A DNA stretch of 64,000 bases from assembly GCA_000092065.1 (NCBI GenBank), contig CP000594.1; one strand, 5' to 3'. Positions within the stretch are counted from its first letter, which is position 1. Each line of letters starts with the position of its first letter. This document shows, one piece after another, positions 1 to 10,362 of this stretch. The notes beneath the pieces were generated by a model. That model saw nothing but the letters and a program-made list of their open reading frames with translations, had not been told where the DNA came from and did not search any database. Origin of the DNA: Ostreococcus lucimarinus (lineage: Eukaryota). Both the position numbers and the translations under genes were made by a program.

Positions 1-529
1 AGCATTCGCAAGCGCGCGGGCATCGCGGACGATTAGACTGTGTATCGCGCGCGCCGCCGCGATTCGATTTGCAAACCAAAGCACGCACCGCACGCCAGAC
101 GCGATGCCGCACCTCACGACGCGACGCTCGACGCTCGAGGTGCGAAATTCGCGCGAGAGACGCGACGGCGATGCGACGCGCGTCGCGCGCGATGCGACGC
201 GCGCCTCGAACGCGTCGCGCGCGACGAAACGACGACGATCTCGCGTCGCGGCTGACCCTAAGCCGAACGCATCATCGGTCGCCGCCGTCGTCTGACGACG
301 CCCGATCGACGCGCGCGCGACGGGAACGACGAACGAAGACTGACGTTAAACGCGCGATGATTCGGCGGACAGTGACTGCGCGAATAGACTCGTTCGATGA
401 TTTACGAAACCACCTCGGCGCTGTTTAGGTCGTTTTTGAAGTCGTCGCGCAACGACGATAAGTTTAGCCACGAAGGTAAGCGAAAGAGCGGACCGGGAGA
501 GAAAGCGTCGGCGAATAAACCTGTTATGG

Positions 530-973
530 ATGATTAATTCTGGAGAGATGACGTCGAGTGTGGAGACGACGGAGCCGAGATTGAGGCACGAAATGTTCGT
601 CGCCGACGTTCGAGGCGTCGAGTTGGCGTTTCAAGTGTATCACTTGCACGACCAATTGTTTGCGTACATCGGCGGTTGCGATGGGCGTTTTTCGGAATGC
701 GCGTTTGGGGTAAAGGCGCGAAGTAGTTTGGGAGGCGGCGGCGTCGCGACGACGACGTTGCTTGGAACGGAGGCGTCGGCTCGAGCGTCGAGCGACGCCG
801 CGAGACGATTAGCTTTGAGATCGGGAAAGTCGATCGTGATGAGCGTCAACATGCCCGCGGGCGCGGAGGAGCTCCAGGGTGACGCTGAGAAGGTTTTGAT
901 TCGGTACTTGCGCGAAAATCACGCGTTGGAAGGAGAAATGAACGACCTCGAACGCGCCTTGGGCGGCATGTAG
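530..973 (+). CDS. hypothetical small protein; weak resemblance to proteasome assembly chaperone 3 (PSMG3/PAC3) pattern
   Basis: 147-aa ORF with ATG at 530 and 548. Globular sequence (…FVADVRGVELAFQVYHLHDQLFAYIGGCDG…LLGTEA…EKVLIRYLRE) loosely matches the PAC3 hydrophobic pattern. Not low-complexity, unlike the surrounding Arg-rich ORFs. Confidence 0.3.
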   Translation: MINSGEMTSSVETTEPRLRHEMFVADVRGVELAFQVYHLHDQLFAYIGGCDGRFSECAFGVKARSSLGGGGVATTTLLGTEASARASSDAARRLALRSGKSIVMSVNMPAGAEELQGDAEKVLIRYLRENHALEGEMNDLERALGGM

Positions 974-1067
974 CGTACGCTCGCGTTTGTTATGAGAGAC
1001 GAGTGACGTTCGCGACGACACCACCGCGAGACACCGCGCTTCTACGATTTCTCTATCGATACACACA

Positions 1068-1625
1068 TTACAATTCCTCTATCATCTTCTTCGAGCGCTT
1101 CGCGTTCTTTGACGCCGCGCCGCTCTGTTTCGTCGGCACCACGAGCGTCTCCGCCTTGACCTCGTCTCGCGTCTCCTCGTGCGCCACCCCCGCGCGTTTC
1201 GCCGCCACGCGCACCGCGTCGTCTGTTTTCAAATCCACCACCCCGAGTCCCAAATCCTGCGTTCCAATCGCGCGCACGCGTCGAGTCAGTCGATCGATCG
1301 TTCGTTCGAGTCGCCGTCGCCGCGCGCGTCCCGCGCGCGCTCCTTCGTCTCCACGCACCATTTCGATCCTCGCCGCCCCGTCGTCGTCGCTCGCGACCTC
1401 GATGTTCACCTCGCTCGCCGTTTTCGTCGCCAGCGCCTCGTTCGCGCTCGCGAGCGACGGTAAAAACGTCGCGAGTTTGCCCAACAACGGACTCTGTTCG
1501 GGACGCGAAATGTTTGGCGGCGCCCGCGTCGTCGCGTCGTCGTCGCGTCGCGCGCGCGTCGCGAGCACGTCGAACGGGTCTTTCTTCGCGTCGTCGATCT
1601 CGAGCCTCTCGCGCGCGCGCGACAT
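1068..1625 (-). CDS. hypothetical protein (185 aa)
   Basis: Minus-strand ATG at 1623-1625 (MSRARERLEIDDAKKDPFDVL…KKMIEEL*). The rest of the 388-aa track ORF upstream is Arg-rich low complexity overlapping the methyltransferase gene and is rejected. Confidence 0.3.
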   Translation of the reverse strand: MSRARERLEIDDAKKDPFDVLATRARRDDDATTRAPPNISRPEQSPLLGKLATFLPSLASANEALATKTASEVNIEVASDDDGAARIEMVRGDEGARAGRARRRRLERTIDRLTRRVRAIGTQDLGLGVVDLKTDDAVRVAAKRAGVAHEETRDEVKAETLVVPTKQSGAASKNAKRSKKMIEEL

Positions 1626-1669
1626 GACGACGACGCGACGCGATGTGACGACGAATGCCCGACGCCCGA

Positions 1670-2271
1670 CTATCGCACGCGCTCGCACACGTACAACACC
1701 GGCGCGTTCTTGCGATTCACCACCGCGTGCACCACGACGGTGAAGTCCTTGGGCGACAATTCGGCGAACGCGCGACGCACCGCCTCGTTTTCCTCCGCGC
1801 CGCCGTCGTGACCGAGGTAGGCGACGACGGTGAACACGCCGCCGAGCCGCAGCGTCCGCGTCCCCGCGCGCACGAGTCGCGCCGACGTCGACGCCTCCGT
1901 GCGCGTTCTTCGCGCGCGTTCGTCCGCGCGCAGGCCCGGGGCGGGTAAGTACCCCAGGTTCGCCATCAGCACGCCGACGTCGCGCGCGCGCGTCGCCGCC
2001 ATCGCCTCCAACGCGTCGGCGTGACACCTCTGCTCGAAGGCGAACCGACGCGGCGCGACGCGCGCGTCCTCGAACGCGCGCGTCGACGCCTCCAGCGCCT
2101 CGCTCGCGACGTCGAAGCCGCGAATGATGACGTCGGGCGACGCGCACTCGAGCGCGAGGTACAGCGCGTCGCGTCCGCACCCGAGCGTCGCGTCGACGAC
2201 GACGTCGCCGTCGGCGCGCACGCGCTCGCACCACGCGCGACGCGCCCAGCGCAGGACGTCGGCGTCACCGA

Positions 2272-2305
<34 letters not shown>

Positions 2306-2377
2306 ACGCGCCGCGCGCGCGCGCGGCGGCGCGGCGCCGCGCGCGGGGCCCGCGGGCGCGCGCGCGATTCGCGTCAT
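1670..2377 (-). CDS. SAM-dependent methyltransferase, YtqB-like 'putative rRNA methylase' family
   Basis: 235 aa, ATG at 2375-2377. Motifs VVDATLGCGRDALYLA (SAM-binding, cf. DATCGNGxDTLxLA), GFDVASEAL and VAYLGHDGGAEE. The N-terminal poly-Ser is encoded by a (GAC)10 microsatellite at 2272-2301. Confidence 0.55.
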
Positions 2378-2399
2378 TCACTGACGCGACGACGCATCC

Positions 2400-3137
2400 A
2401 TGTCGCGCCGCGCGTTCGCGCCGACGCGCCAGAGCTCGGGCGCCGGACGCGCGGCGACGCGCGCGGCGACGCGAGCGCCGCGTTTGAGCCGCGCGAGGAC
2501 GCGCTCGAACGCGTCACCGCGCGATGATGTCGTCGACGACGTCGGTGACGCCGACGACGCGCGCGTCGACGCGTTTGAGCCGCGCGTGGACGCGCGCGCG
2601 ACGACGTCGGCGCTCGTCATCGGCGCGGCGTTCTTCGTCGTGAATCGACGCGTCGCGGCGGCGGTGGCGAAGCGAAGGGCGAGGGAGGAGGTGGAGGAGG
2701 AGAAGCGACGCGTCGCGCTCGAGCGACTGCGCGGCGGGGCGTCCATCGACGACGAAACCGAGATCGACGAGCGATTGCGACGGGCGTACGAGGAGGAAGC
2801 GAAGTCTAGGGAGGTGTTCTTCGGGTTGTTCAGGGTGCGAATGCCGCAACCGCTCGGGAAACCGTTGTCGGAGGTTGAGGCGGAGGAGGCGCGAGTGGCC
2901 GAGGCGAGCGGACGGCGAAGGAACGGTTCGGACGACGCCCGCGCGGGTCGCGAAGGGATGGCGGAGACGCCGCCGTGGTGGATGACGACCGTGAGCGCGA
3001 TCGTGTTGGTGCTGTTGACGTGGTCGAGCGTGGGATTGGGGAGCGTCGATCGCGTCGCCGAAGCGCCGCGGTTGACGCCGGATGAAATCGAACGATTTCG
3101 CGCGGGCGGCGGTGGCGGCGGCGGTGGGGGGGCGTGA
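2400..3137 (+). CDS. hypothetical membrane protein (two predicted TM helices)
   Basis: 245-aa ORF with an R/A/T/S-rich N-terminus. TM-like segments TTSALVIGAAFFVV and WWMTTVSAIVLVLLTWSSVGLG. Ends in poly-Gly. Its 3' end overlaps the proposed first exon and intron of the GT77 gene, so the 3' end is uncertain. Confidence 0.3.
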   Translation: MSRRAFAPTRQSSGAGRAATRAATRAPRLSRARTRSNASPRDDVVDDVGDADDARVDAFEPRVDARATTSALVIGAAFFVVNRRVAAAVAKRRAREEVEEEKRRVALERLRGGASIDDETEIDERLRRAYEEEAKSREVFFGLFRVRMPQPLGKPLSEVEAEEARVAEASGRRRNGSDDARAGREGMAETPPWWMTTVSAIVLVLLTWSSVGLGSVDRVAEAPRLTPDEIERFRAGGGGGGGGGA

Positions 3138-5433
3138 ACGCACCTACGACAGTATTTTTAATTTAATCTCATTGTTTCAGCGCGATCGCATCGAGCGCGC
3201 GCGTCGCCGCGACGACCTCGGCGCTTCCTCGGCGCCCGAGACGAAGCCGTCACGATCGCGCGCGCGCGCGCGTCGACGACGGCGTCCAACCGCGCGCGTC
3301 ATGCGCGACGTTCCGCGCGACGCGCGTCACCGCGCGCGCGCGTCACCGCGCGATCGGCGCTCGAAAAATCGTCGCGACACTGGATGGGTGTCGTCCGCGA
3401 TGACGCTCGCGATGGCGCTTACGTTGGCGCTGCGCGGCGCGTCGTGCGACGCGCGCGCGACGTCGTCGCGCAAACTGCTGCGACGCGAACCCGCCGGCGC
3501 GTCCAGGCCGGTCCATCGCGAACACCTGTCGTCTGGGGTGTCCAAGGAGCTCGTGCAAAGAGTCGCGCGCCGGGACGGCGGCGTCGCGGTGACGTTTGCG
3601 AACGAAGGCATGTACGACTTCGTGGTGAACTGGTGCGAACACATGGACGAAATCGGGATTACGAATTATTTAGTCGGGGCGATGGATGAGAGCTTATACG
3701 GTCGGTTGCGAAAGATTGGCGTCAACGCGTGGTTGATGGGATCGAAAAATATCGACGACGACGAAGTGAAGAAGGATTTCGGTTGGGGGACGAGGACGTT
3801 TCATAAGATGGGACGGGATAAGATTCGTTTAGTGCACGAGCTGACGAAGACTGGGTTTGATGTCATCGTCACGGACGTAGATGCGGTGTGGTTACGCGAC
3901 CCATTTCCGTTTTTGAGGCGATATCCCAAAGCGGATGCGTTGGTGAGCATCGATAATTTGCGCAATCATACCTCGGTCGTGGCGACGCAAGCGAATCACG
4001 CGGTCGATGGGGAAGGCTTAGAGCACAGCGCGTGCGGTGGGAACAAAAACATCGGTATTATGTGGTTTCGCTCGACCGAAGGCAGTCAGTCGTTCACGCA
4101 AGAGTGGTTGAACAAGCTCGAGTCAAATGACAAAGATTGGGATCAAGTCGTGTTTAACAAGTTGGTCGAGCAGGGCGGGTGCGAAACGGCGCGCGACGGG
4201 AGCGGTGTCGCCCCGGCGTATGGTGGCGGGCTCATGCTAGGAATCTTGCCGGTGGCGTTCTTTGCGAACGGTTACACATATTTCACCGAACGTCTTCACG
4301 AAATGTTCGGCTTGAAACCGTACGCTGTGCACACGACGTTTGGTTACGCAGGCACGGTTGGGAAGCGACATCGCCTGCGAGAGGCGAACCAGTGGTACGG
4401 CGATAAATACGAACCGACTTATTTTCAAGGGAAATTCATGTCGTACACGCCGCGGCTGCTCAAAGATGTCGATTACGCCGAATTCGTCAAGCGTGGCCAC
4501 CCGAATGAAGAAAATACACCCATGCTCGAGAGAGACGAGGACGTTGTGTTGGAGCACATGCGATTCGTCAATCATCAACTCGCGCAATTGTACGAAGCTG
4601 CGGTCGTCGCGAAGCATCTTGGACGTGCGTTGATTTTACCGCCATTTGCGTGCGGGTTAGATCGCGTTTGGTTCCCTCACAAAGGGCGATATCCCGGTGC
4701 TTTGCTCAAGCTTCCATTCGTGTGCCCTGCGGATCACGTGCTCAAGATTGAAGAGTTGCACGAATTCGCGCAAGACTATCGCGAATTTTCGTTTTTAGGG
4801 CATCCTTACATGCCGCGTCACTTTTTGACGAGTGAGAACGTTCGCCGCGTTGAGATTCCGTGGAGCGCAGCATTCGAGGCAACCATTCCTTTTCACGACA
4901 AGCTTCGCGCATGCTTTGAAAAGCGCGACAGAAAGCGAGGCGATGAGTCGTGTCTACCCGAGGGAAATGCAGTCTTCCGTGCTGCCGAAACGATCAAGCT
5001 ATCGGCACGCCTTGGTTCGCTCGACGCGTTGTCTGTCAACCTTGAGTCAGCAAAAGACGTCAAATTCTTGCACTTTGACACAATCATAGGCCTCACGGAG
5101 ACGTCACAGGCTACGACGGCGATGACGACACAGATTCCTCTCGGCGACTGGGGCATGGCACAGGGCACGAATGAAGACCTCGGCAAATTGGATTACAGCC
5201 TTGACAACGTTTCAATCTTTGGTGACGCGCCGCCTTCGCCGTCCAAGAACGAAACTCACGAACCGGAGGAAAGCGCCGAAAGATCAAGCGAAAAAGAGAG
5301 CGAGGCGTCGACGGCCGATGATGTGAAAGTGAGCATCGAGGCCGGTCTCATGAAGATGTTCCATGGCGATAAGAATAAAGTCGAAAGTGCCGTGCGCGCG
5401 ATTATGGAAGCTCAAGCGCTCGAAGCGGCTTAG
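3082..5433 (+). CDS. GT77-family glycosyltransferase (nucleotide-diphospho-sugar transferase domain), type II membrane topology
   Basis: Nucleotid_trans/GT77 motifs: VAVTFANEGMYDFVVNWCEHM…NYLVGAMDE, DVIVTDVDAVWLRDPF, GGNKNIGIMWFRST. Signal-anchor WVSSAMTLAMALTLAL sits upstream of the domain. Probable 57-nt intron 3124..3180 (donor GCG|GTGGGG, AT-rich acceptor tatttttaatttaatctcattgtttcag), giving join(3082..3123,3181..5433), both exons in phase 0. Alternative donor at 3112. Confidence 0.7.
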   Translation: MKSNDFARAAVAAAVGGRERTYDSIFNLISLFQRDRIERARRRDDLGASSAPETKPSRSRARARRRRRPTARVMRDVPRDARHRARASPRDRRSKNRRDTGWVSSAMTLAMALTLALRGASCDARATSSRKLLRREPAGASRPVHREHLSSGVSKELVQRVARRDGGVAVTFANEGMYDFVVNWCEHMDEIGITNYLVGAMDESLYGRLRKIGVNAWLMGSKNIDDDEVKKDFGWGTRTFHKMGRDKIRLVHELTKTGFDVIVTDVDAVWLRDPFPFLRRYPKADALVSIDNLRNHTSVVATQANHAVDGEGLEHSACGGNKNIGIMWFRSTEGSQSFTQEWLNKLESNDKDWDQVVFNKLVEQGGCETARDGSGVAPAYGGGLMLGILPVAFFANGYTYFTERLHEMFGLKPYAVHTTFGYAGTVGKRHRLREANQWYGDKYEPTYFQGKFMSYTPRLLKDVDYAEFVKRGHPNEENTPMLERDEDVVLEHMRFVNHQLAQLYEAAVVAKHLGRALILPPFACGLDRVWFPHKGRYPGALLKLPFVCPADHVLKIEELHEFAQDYREFSFLGHPYMPRHFLTSENVRRVEIPWSAAFEATIPFHDKLRACFEKRDRKRGDESCLPEGNAVFRAAETIKLSARLGSLDALSVNLESAKDVKFLHFDTIIGLTETSQATTAMTTQIPLGDWGMAQGTNEDLGKLDYSLDNVSIFGDAPPSPSKNETHEPEESAERSSEKESEASTADDVKVSIEAGLMKMFHGDKNKVESAVRAIMEAQALEAA

Positions 5434-5469
5434 ATACCTAGCTAGAGAGTTTGTAACAATATGCAAAAT

Positions 5470-6741
5470 CTACTCGTCGTCTGCGTCCTCGCGCGGTCGT
5501 GCAATAGTTTCCAGCGCCGACGCGGCGTCTGTGAGATTCTCTACGGGAAATCCCAATGCACTTTGAATGACGTTGCAGACGGCGCGCGTTCGCTCGACAA
5601 CGGAAGCTATTTCGTTCCTATCAGAACTCAGAATGTTATTTCGAAGCGTCGCCGCGAGCTCCTTCCACTCGGTTTCGACTTCGCTTCGTGACAAAGCGCC
5701 GGGAAACGCCCCGATAGCAAATATCTGAATCGCAAAATGACCGAGCGTGAGTTCCATCTCGTCCGTCGTCGCGTTTGGCGCACGTTTCGAGTGCCCACTC
5801 TTCAGAAGTGCGTTCGCGGAAGACTTGGACACAACGTCTACGGACAACTGGGCGCGCCGCACCTCTCGCAAGCAAGTCGCGAACGCTGTTTCATCGTCGC
5901 CAAAAAGTCGAACACACAACACTCGCGCGCGCGCGCACGATGATGGATCTAAAGCATCGCGATATTTCATCATCGCCGCGTCGAAGTCACTCCCCGCGAT
6001 CAACTCGCGCGCGACCTCGCGCGCGACGACGCGCGCGGCGGCGCACCACGACGTAATCGCTCGCTTGATTTCAGCTTCCACGCTTGCCTCGGCGTCCGCC
6101 ATCGTAGCTTCCAGCATGGTGCGCACCGCGTCAGCGCTCAAGCGTTCACCATCATGCTTGCGCCACACCTCGAGTTGTCGTCGCATCTCGCGCAAAGATG
6201 CGCACACCGTCTCGTGCTCGCCCGCTCGCTGCGCGTCTCTCAACGATTTCGCCGCTCGCGATAGCTCCAAACGAAACTTCGCCGCTTTGAACCCAACCTC
6301 GTACGCTCGCGCCCGCATAGTTTCCATCGTCGCTTCATTCGTGAATTGTTCCCTCATCCGCAAACCATTCTCGATCTCGCGCGCCATCGCTCGCGATTTC
6401 CGCCGCGCGTTCGCCAACGCCTCGCTCGCCGTCGCCGCGTCCCGTCGCGCTTCTCCGCTCGACCTCGGCGCCATCGCCCGCGCCTCGCGCGCCTCGCGAC
6501 GAATCATTCGCGATATTCGTTCGACATCGTTCCCATCGCGCCGCAGAATCTTCCGCAGCGCGTCCACGACCGCGTCGTCGTCGTCGTCGTCGTTTTCATT
6601 AAACTGCAACAGAAATCCATCCATCGCATCCATCGCCTCTCGTCGCGTCACCGACGTCGCGCGACCGCTCGCGCGTCTCGCATCGCGTCCATCGCGCTCG
6701 TCCTCGCTCGCGTCGGCGTCGCTGTCGTGAAAGTACCCCAT
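5470..6741 (-). CDS. hypothetical conserved-looking alpha-helical protein (423 aa)
   Basis: ATG at 6739-6741. Non-repetitive helical sequence with an acidic stretch (poly-D from (GTC)n at 6571-6594). No family recognised by eye. Confidence 0.4.
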   Translation of the reverse strand: MGYFHDSDADASEDERDGRDARRASGRATSVTRREAMDAMDGFLLQFNENDDDDDDAVVDALRKILRRDGNDVERISRMIRREAREARAMAPRSSGEARRDAATASEALANARRKSRAMAREIENGLRMREQFTNEATMETMRARAYEVGFKAAKFRLELSRAAKSLRDAQRAGEHETVCASLREMRRQLEVWRKHDGERLSADAVRTMLEATMADAEASVEAEIKRAITSWCAAARVVAREVARELIAGSDFDAAMMKYRDALDPSSCARARVLCVRLFGDDETAFATCLREVRRAQLSVDVVSKSSANALLKSGHSKRAPNATTDEMELTLGHFAIQIFAIGAFPGALSRSEVETEWKELAATLRNNILSSDRNEIASVVERTRAVCNVIQSALGFPVENLTDAASALETIARPREDADDE

Positions 6742-6984
6742 GACGGCGCCGTCGCGCTCGACGCGTCGCCGTCTGCGACCAACGACTCGGCACTGTCCGA
6801 CGCGTCGCCGTCGCGCGCACGACGCGTCATGGCGGATTCGAGCGCGCGCGCGTTCGCCAGCGTCACCAAGCGTCGTTTACTGGTGCGTCGTCGACCGCGC
6901 GTTCCCGCGCGCGCGAAGGCGCCGATGAACGCGCGACGCGCGACTGACTGCGACGTTTGGATGTTTGGCGCGCGTTAGGTGGAC

Positions 6985-9044
6985 ATGCTGACGACGAAAC
7001 TGCGCGATCGCGCGAGCGCGTGGCGGGTGTTGATCGTCGATGATACGTCGCTGCGGGTGGTGTCGTCGGCGTGCAAGATGAGCGATCTCGCGGAGGCGTG
7101 CGTGAGCGGTACGAGGAGGCGAGGCGACGAACGAGACCGACGCGAAGGCGAACCGAACGCGAACGCGAGGGAGGTGAGAGACGCGCGCGTGACTGACCGA
7201 TGGACGATGCGTCGTCGTCGTCGCTCGCAGTCGTGGAAAATTTGGACGTCGCGCGCGCGCCGCAACCGACGCTGGACGGGGTGTATTTCATCGCGCCGAG
7301 CGAACGCTCGGTGGCGCGCGTCGTGGAGGATTGCGAAAAGAAGCTGTATCGTAAGGCGCACGTGTTTTTTACCTCGGCCGCGCCGCGAGGGGTTTTGAAC
7401 GCGATCAAAGCGAGCAAGGCGTGCGTGTCCATGCTCGGGAACTGCAGTGAGATGAATCTGGAGTACTTTACGGTGGATCCGAAAGGTTTCAGCGTCGGCG
7501 TAGAGGACGCTTTGCGAGGGACGTTTGCGGTCGGATCGGAACAGTCGCAGGCGCAGGCGAGAATGATGGATATGATCGCGCAGCGGTTGGCGACGGTGAT
7601 GGTGTCGCTCGGGGAGATTCCGTCGATTAGGTACATGGCCAAGGTTGGGAATAAGAAGAGCGACGTATCGCGCGGCGTCGCCGACCGACTCGATCGTTCG
7701 CTCACCGCTCTTTTGCGCGCAAAAGGTGCGGAGGCGGCGAAGAACAATCCCACGTGCGACGTGTTGATCGTCGATCGCTCGTTCGACGTCATCACGCCCG
7801 TGGTTCACGAGTGGACGTACGAAAGCATGGTGACGGATTTGTTAAACGTGCCGAACGGCGTGTATCAGTACAAGATCACGACGAAGAAGGGCGAAGAATC
7901 AAAAGAAGCCGTGCTCGGGGAGAACGATCCGCTGTGGGTCGAGCTTCGCCACGCGCACATCGCCGAAGTTTTAACCGTATTAGCGGATAAAGCGAAAACG
8001 TTCGCGAACGTCGGTCCGGATGGGGGCGTTGTTGGTGGCCGTGATTTAACCACCGGTCAATTGAAGAAAGCCGTCGAGGCGTTGCCCAGAGTGTTGGAGC
8101 AACAAGCCAAACTTTCGGTGCACACGTCTATCGCTGGTGAGATCAACGCTGTTTTGCAAAAGTCCGCGTTGAGCGAGGTCGGGCGCTTGGAGCAAGACGT
8201 GGTGTTCGGCGACGCGACGAGCAAAGATCTCATCGCGTTGTTCAACGACCTCGACTCGCGCGGCGTGCGTTTGCCCATGGTGGAGAAACTTCGTCTATTG
8301 CTGTGCTACGTCAGTTCGCACCCGCAAAAGATTGACGAAAGTGAAAAGAAGCGATGGATGACGAACACTGGGCTGACGCTCGCGGACGTGAACATCTTGC
8401 AAAATCTAGAGTTATTGGGCGTGAAGGTTCTGAAAGACGGCGCATCGAATCCGTTTTCGAGCTCGATGTTTGGCTCGAGTACCAAGAGCATTCGACCGAA
8501 AGTGCTCGAACGCAAAGGCGCGGGGAGCGAGTGGGATTTATTTAGATTTTTACCCACGATGGCGGGCTTGGTGACCGAGCTTGATGCGGGAACTCTCGAC
8601 GCGACGGAGTATCCATCCGTCGGAATCTCTCCGGGAGCGGCGAACGCGCCGCCTACGATGATGTCGCCAACGAAATCGCGCTCGGTGCGCACGCGAACTG
8701 AAGCGTCGTGGGCGACACACAGTAGCGCGGGTAGCTTAGGCGGCGACGGCGACTCCGAGAGATCGGCATCGGGGACGAATCATCGACGAAGTGACTCCAT
8801 GACGTCGAATCGCGCGGCGAGCCAGCGTTCGAGTCGTCGCCTCATAGTCTTCGTCGTGGGCGGTATGACTCGTGGTGAGTTGCGCGAGGCACACGTCCTG
8901 AGTCAGAAATTACACCGTGAGGTCATCATCGGCTCCACCTCGCTCGAAACTCCCGCGTCGTTCGTAGAAAAACTCGCCGGCTTGGCGTCTGTCGCTTCGA
9001 TTCCAGAGAAATACGCCGACATCGCGGATTTGTCTGGACTGTAA
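6985..9044 (+). CDS. SEC1: Sec1/Munc18-family syntaxin-binding protein (SEC1/KEULE type)
   Basis: join(6985..7108,7231..9044). Exon 1 (…WRVLIVDDTSLRVVSSACKMSDLAEACVS) ends at donor G|GTACGAGG. A 122-nt intron runs to acceptor tcgctcgcag, and exon 2 continues VVENLDVARAPQPTLDGVYFIAPSE. Hallmarks DVLIVDRSFDVITPVVHEWTYESMVTDLL and LIVFVVGGMTRGE. The track ORF start 6979 is GTG; the first ATG is 6985. Confidence 0.8.
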
Positions 9045-9162
9045 TGGAAATAAACCTCGCGGAGTTCATGCGATACGTAAACGAGTGACGCTATACGAGA
9101 AGTACGATACATGAATGAGTGATACAGGAAGAAATACAGACTAAAATCGCGCGCAATCGCCG

Positions 9163-9612
9163 TCACATGACGGAGCAACACGTCGGTTGCGTCGCCGACG
9201 CGTCCTTGTTTGCCTCCGACGCCCGCTTCCGCGTCTCGCCCCGCGTCGACGCATTCTCGCTGACGATGAGATGCGCGATGCGTACCTCGCCACTCACGAA
9301 TCCGCACCACTTCAACGCCTTCGAGTCCGGCTCTAAAATTTTCCCGTCGAGCACCACGCGCAGGTACGCCGGCGACGCCGGCTTGGGCGACGTCGCCTCG
9401 TCCCCGTCCCCGATCGCCCCATCCGACGTCTCGCGCGCCAACCACGGCGCGTCCCACAGCGCGCGTTTCAAATCCGCCACCGTCGCGTTTTCATCCTCTA
9501 AAACCACCGGCCCTACGTCCGCGCCCTCGACGCGTCGCGCCTTGACGCGAAACGCCGCCGCCGCCGTCGTCTCACCTTCGTCCCCGCGCGCCCGCTCGCG
9601 CGCCGCGTCCAT
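9163..9612 (-). CDS. membrane-anchored ubiquitin-fold (MUB)-like protein with C-terminal CaaX prenylation box
   Basis: 149 aa, ATG at 9610-9612. Ubiquitin-like beta-grasp pattern (FRVKARRVEGADVGPVVLEDENATVADLKRALWD…LRVVLDGKILEPDSKALKW). The C-terminus …QPTCCSVM* is a CaaX motif (C-S-V-M), as found in MUB proteins. Confidence 0.45.
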   Translation of the reverse strand: MDAARERARGDEGETTAAAAFRVKARRVEGADVGPVVLEDENATVADLKRALWDAPWLARETSDGAIGDGDEATSPKPASPAYLRVVLDGKILEPDSKALKWCGFVSGEVRIAHLIVSENASTRGETRKRASEANKDASATQPTCCSVM

Positions 9613-9892
9613 GCCCGCGCTCGAATCGACCGACCGCGCGCCCCAACGCGCGCCGATCCGAGCTCGCGATCGCTCGTATCACCGCCGCGCCGGTCCGACG
9701 ACGCCGATCCGACGCAAAAATCCAAATCCAATCCGATCCGTTCGACGCCGCCGCCTCGCGTCCGCGCCGCCGCCTCGCGTTCGCGCGCGATCCGCGCGCG
9801 TCTCCCGACGCCGTCCTCGCGCGTCCGTCCCGTCCCGAGGCGTCCCGTCGCGCGTCGCGCGTCGCGCGATGCCGTTCGGTCGAATCGGCGCG

Positions 9893-9941
9893 CGTCGATC
9901 GGTCGATCGATCGATCGATCGATCGATCGATCGATCGATCG
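9893..9941. repeat. (GATC)n tetranucleotide microsatellite, ~11 units
   Basis: Direct read: cgatcgatcgatcgatcgatcgatcgatcgatcgatcg. It lies in the spacer between the divergent MUB-like and CCT-eta genes. Confidence 0.9.
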
Positions 9942-10362
9942 CCGCGCGCTCGAACCTCACCTCGAGGTTCGCGTCGCGTTCGTCGAAACCGACCCGCGCC
10001 GCGGACGGTTCGGTTCGAGTCAACGCGGCGCCGCGGCGCGATCGAGCGCGAAACCGCGACGCCGCGAACGCGCGAACGCGATGGCGGCGCCGATGGTGCG
10101 CATGCCCGATGGGCGATTAATAGTGCGTGTCGCGACGGCGACGGCGCGGACGACGCGACGCGCGACGCGCGAAGAGACGCGATCGGAACGCGCGCGCGCG
10201 ATGGCTCGCGACGGCGGATGAAGAGGATGATTTCGAGCGATGCGACGTCGCGCGAACGACGAGGGGGGGGGCGCGCGACGGAGGAGGGGTCGAAGAATTT
10301 GTGTGCTTCGAGCGCGGACGTCGCGCGGGACGTCGGCGCGACGCGGGAGACGCGAGGCGGCG

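Noticed and set aside
40-428. Overlapping Arg/Asp/Ala-rich ORFs at the window start
   Set aside because: Low-complexity translations of (GCG/CGC/GAC)-rich DNA in three frames. No domain or ATG context that stands out.
9119-10120. 333-aa plus-strand ORF opposite the MUB-like gene
   Set aside because: Arg/Ser/Pro-rich low complexity. It is antisense to a gene with a real domain and CaaX terminus, and it spans the (GATC)n microsatellite.
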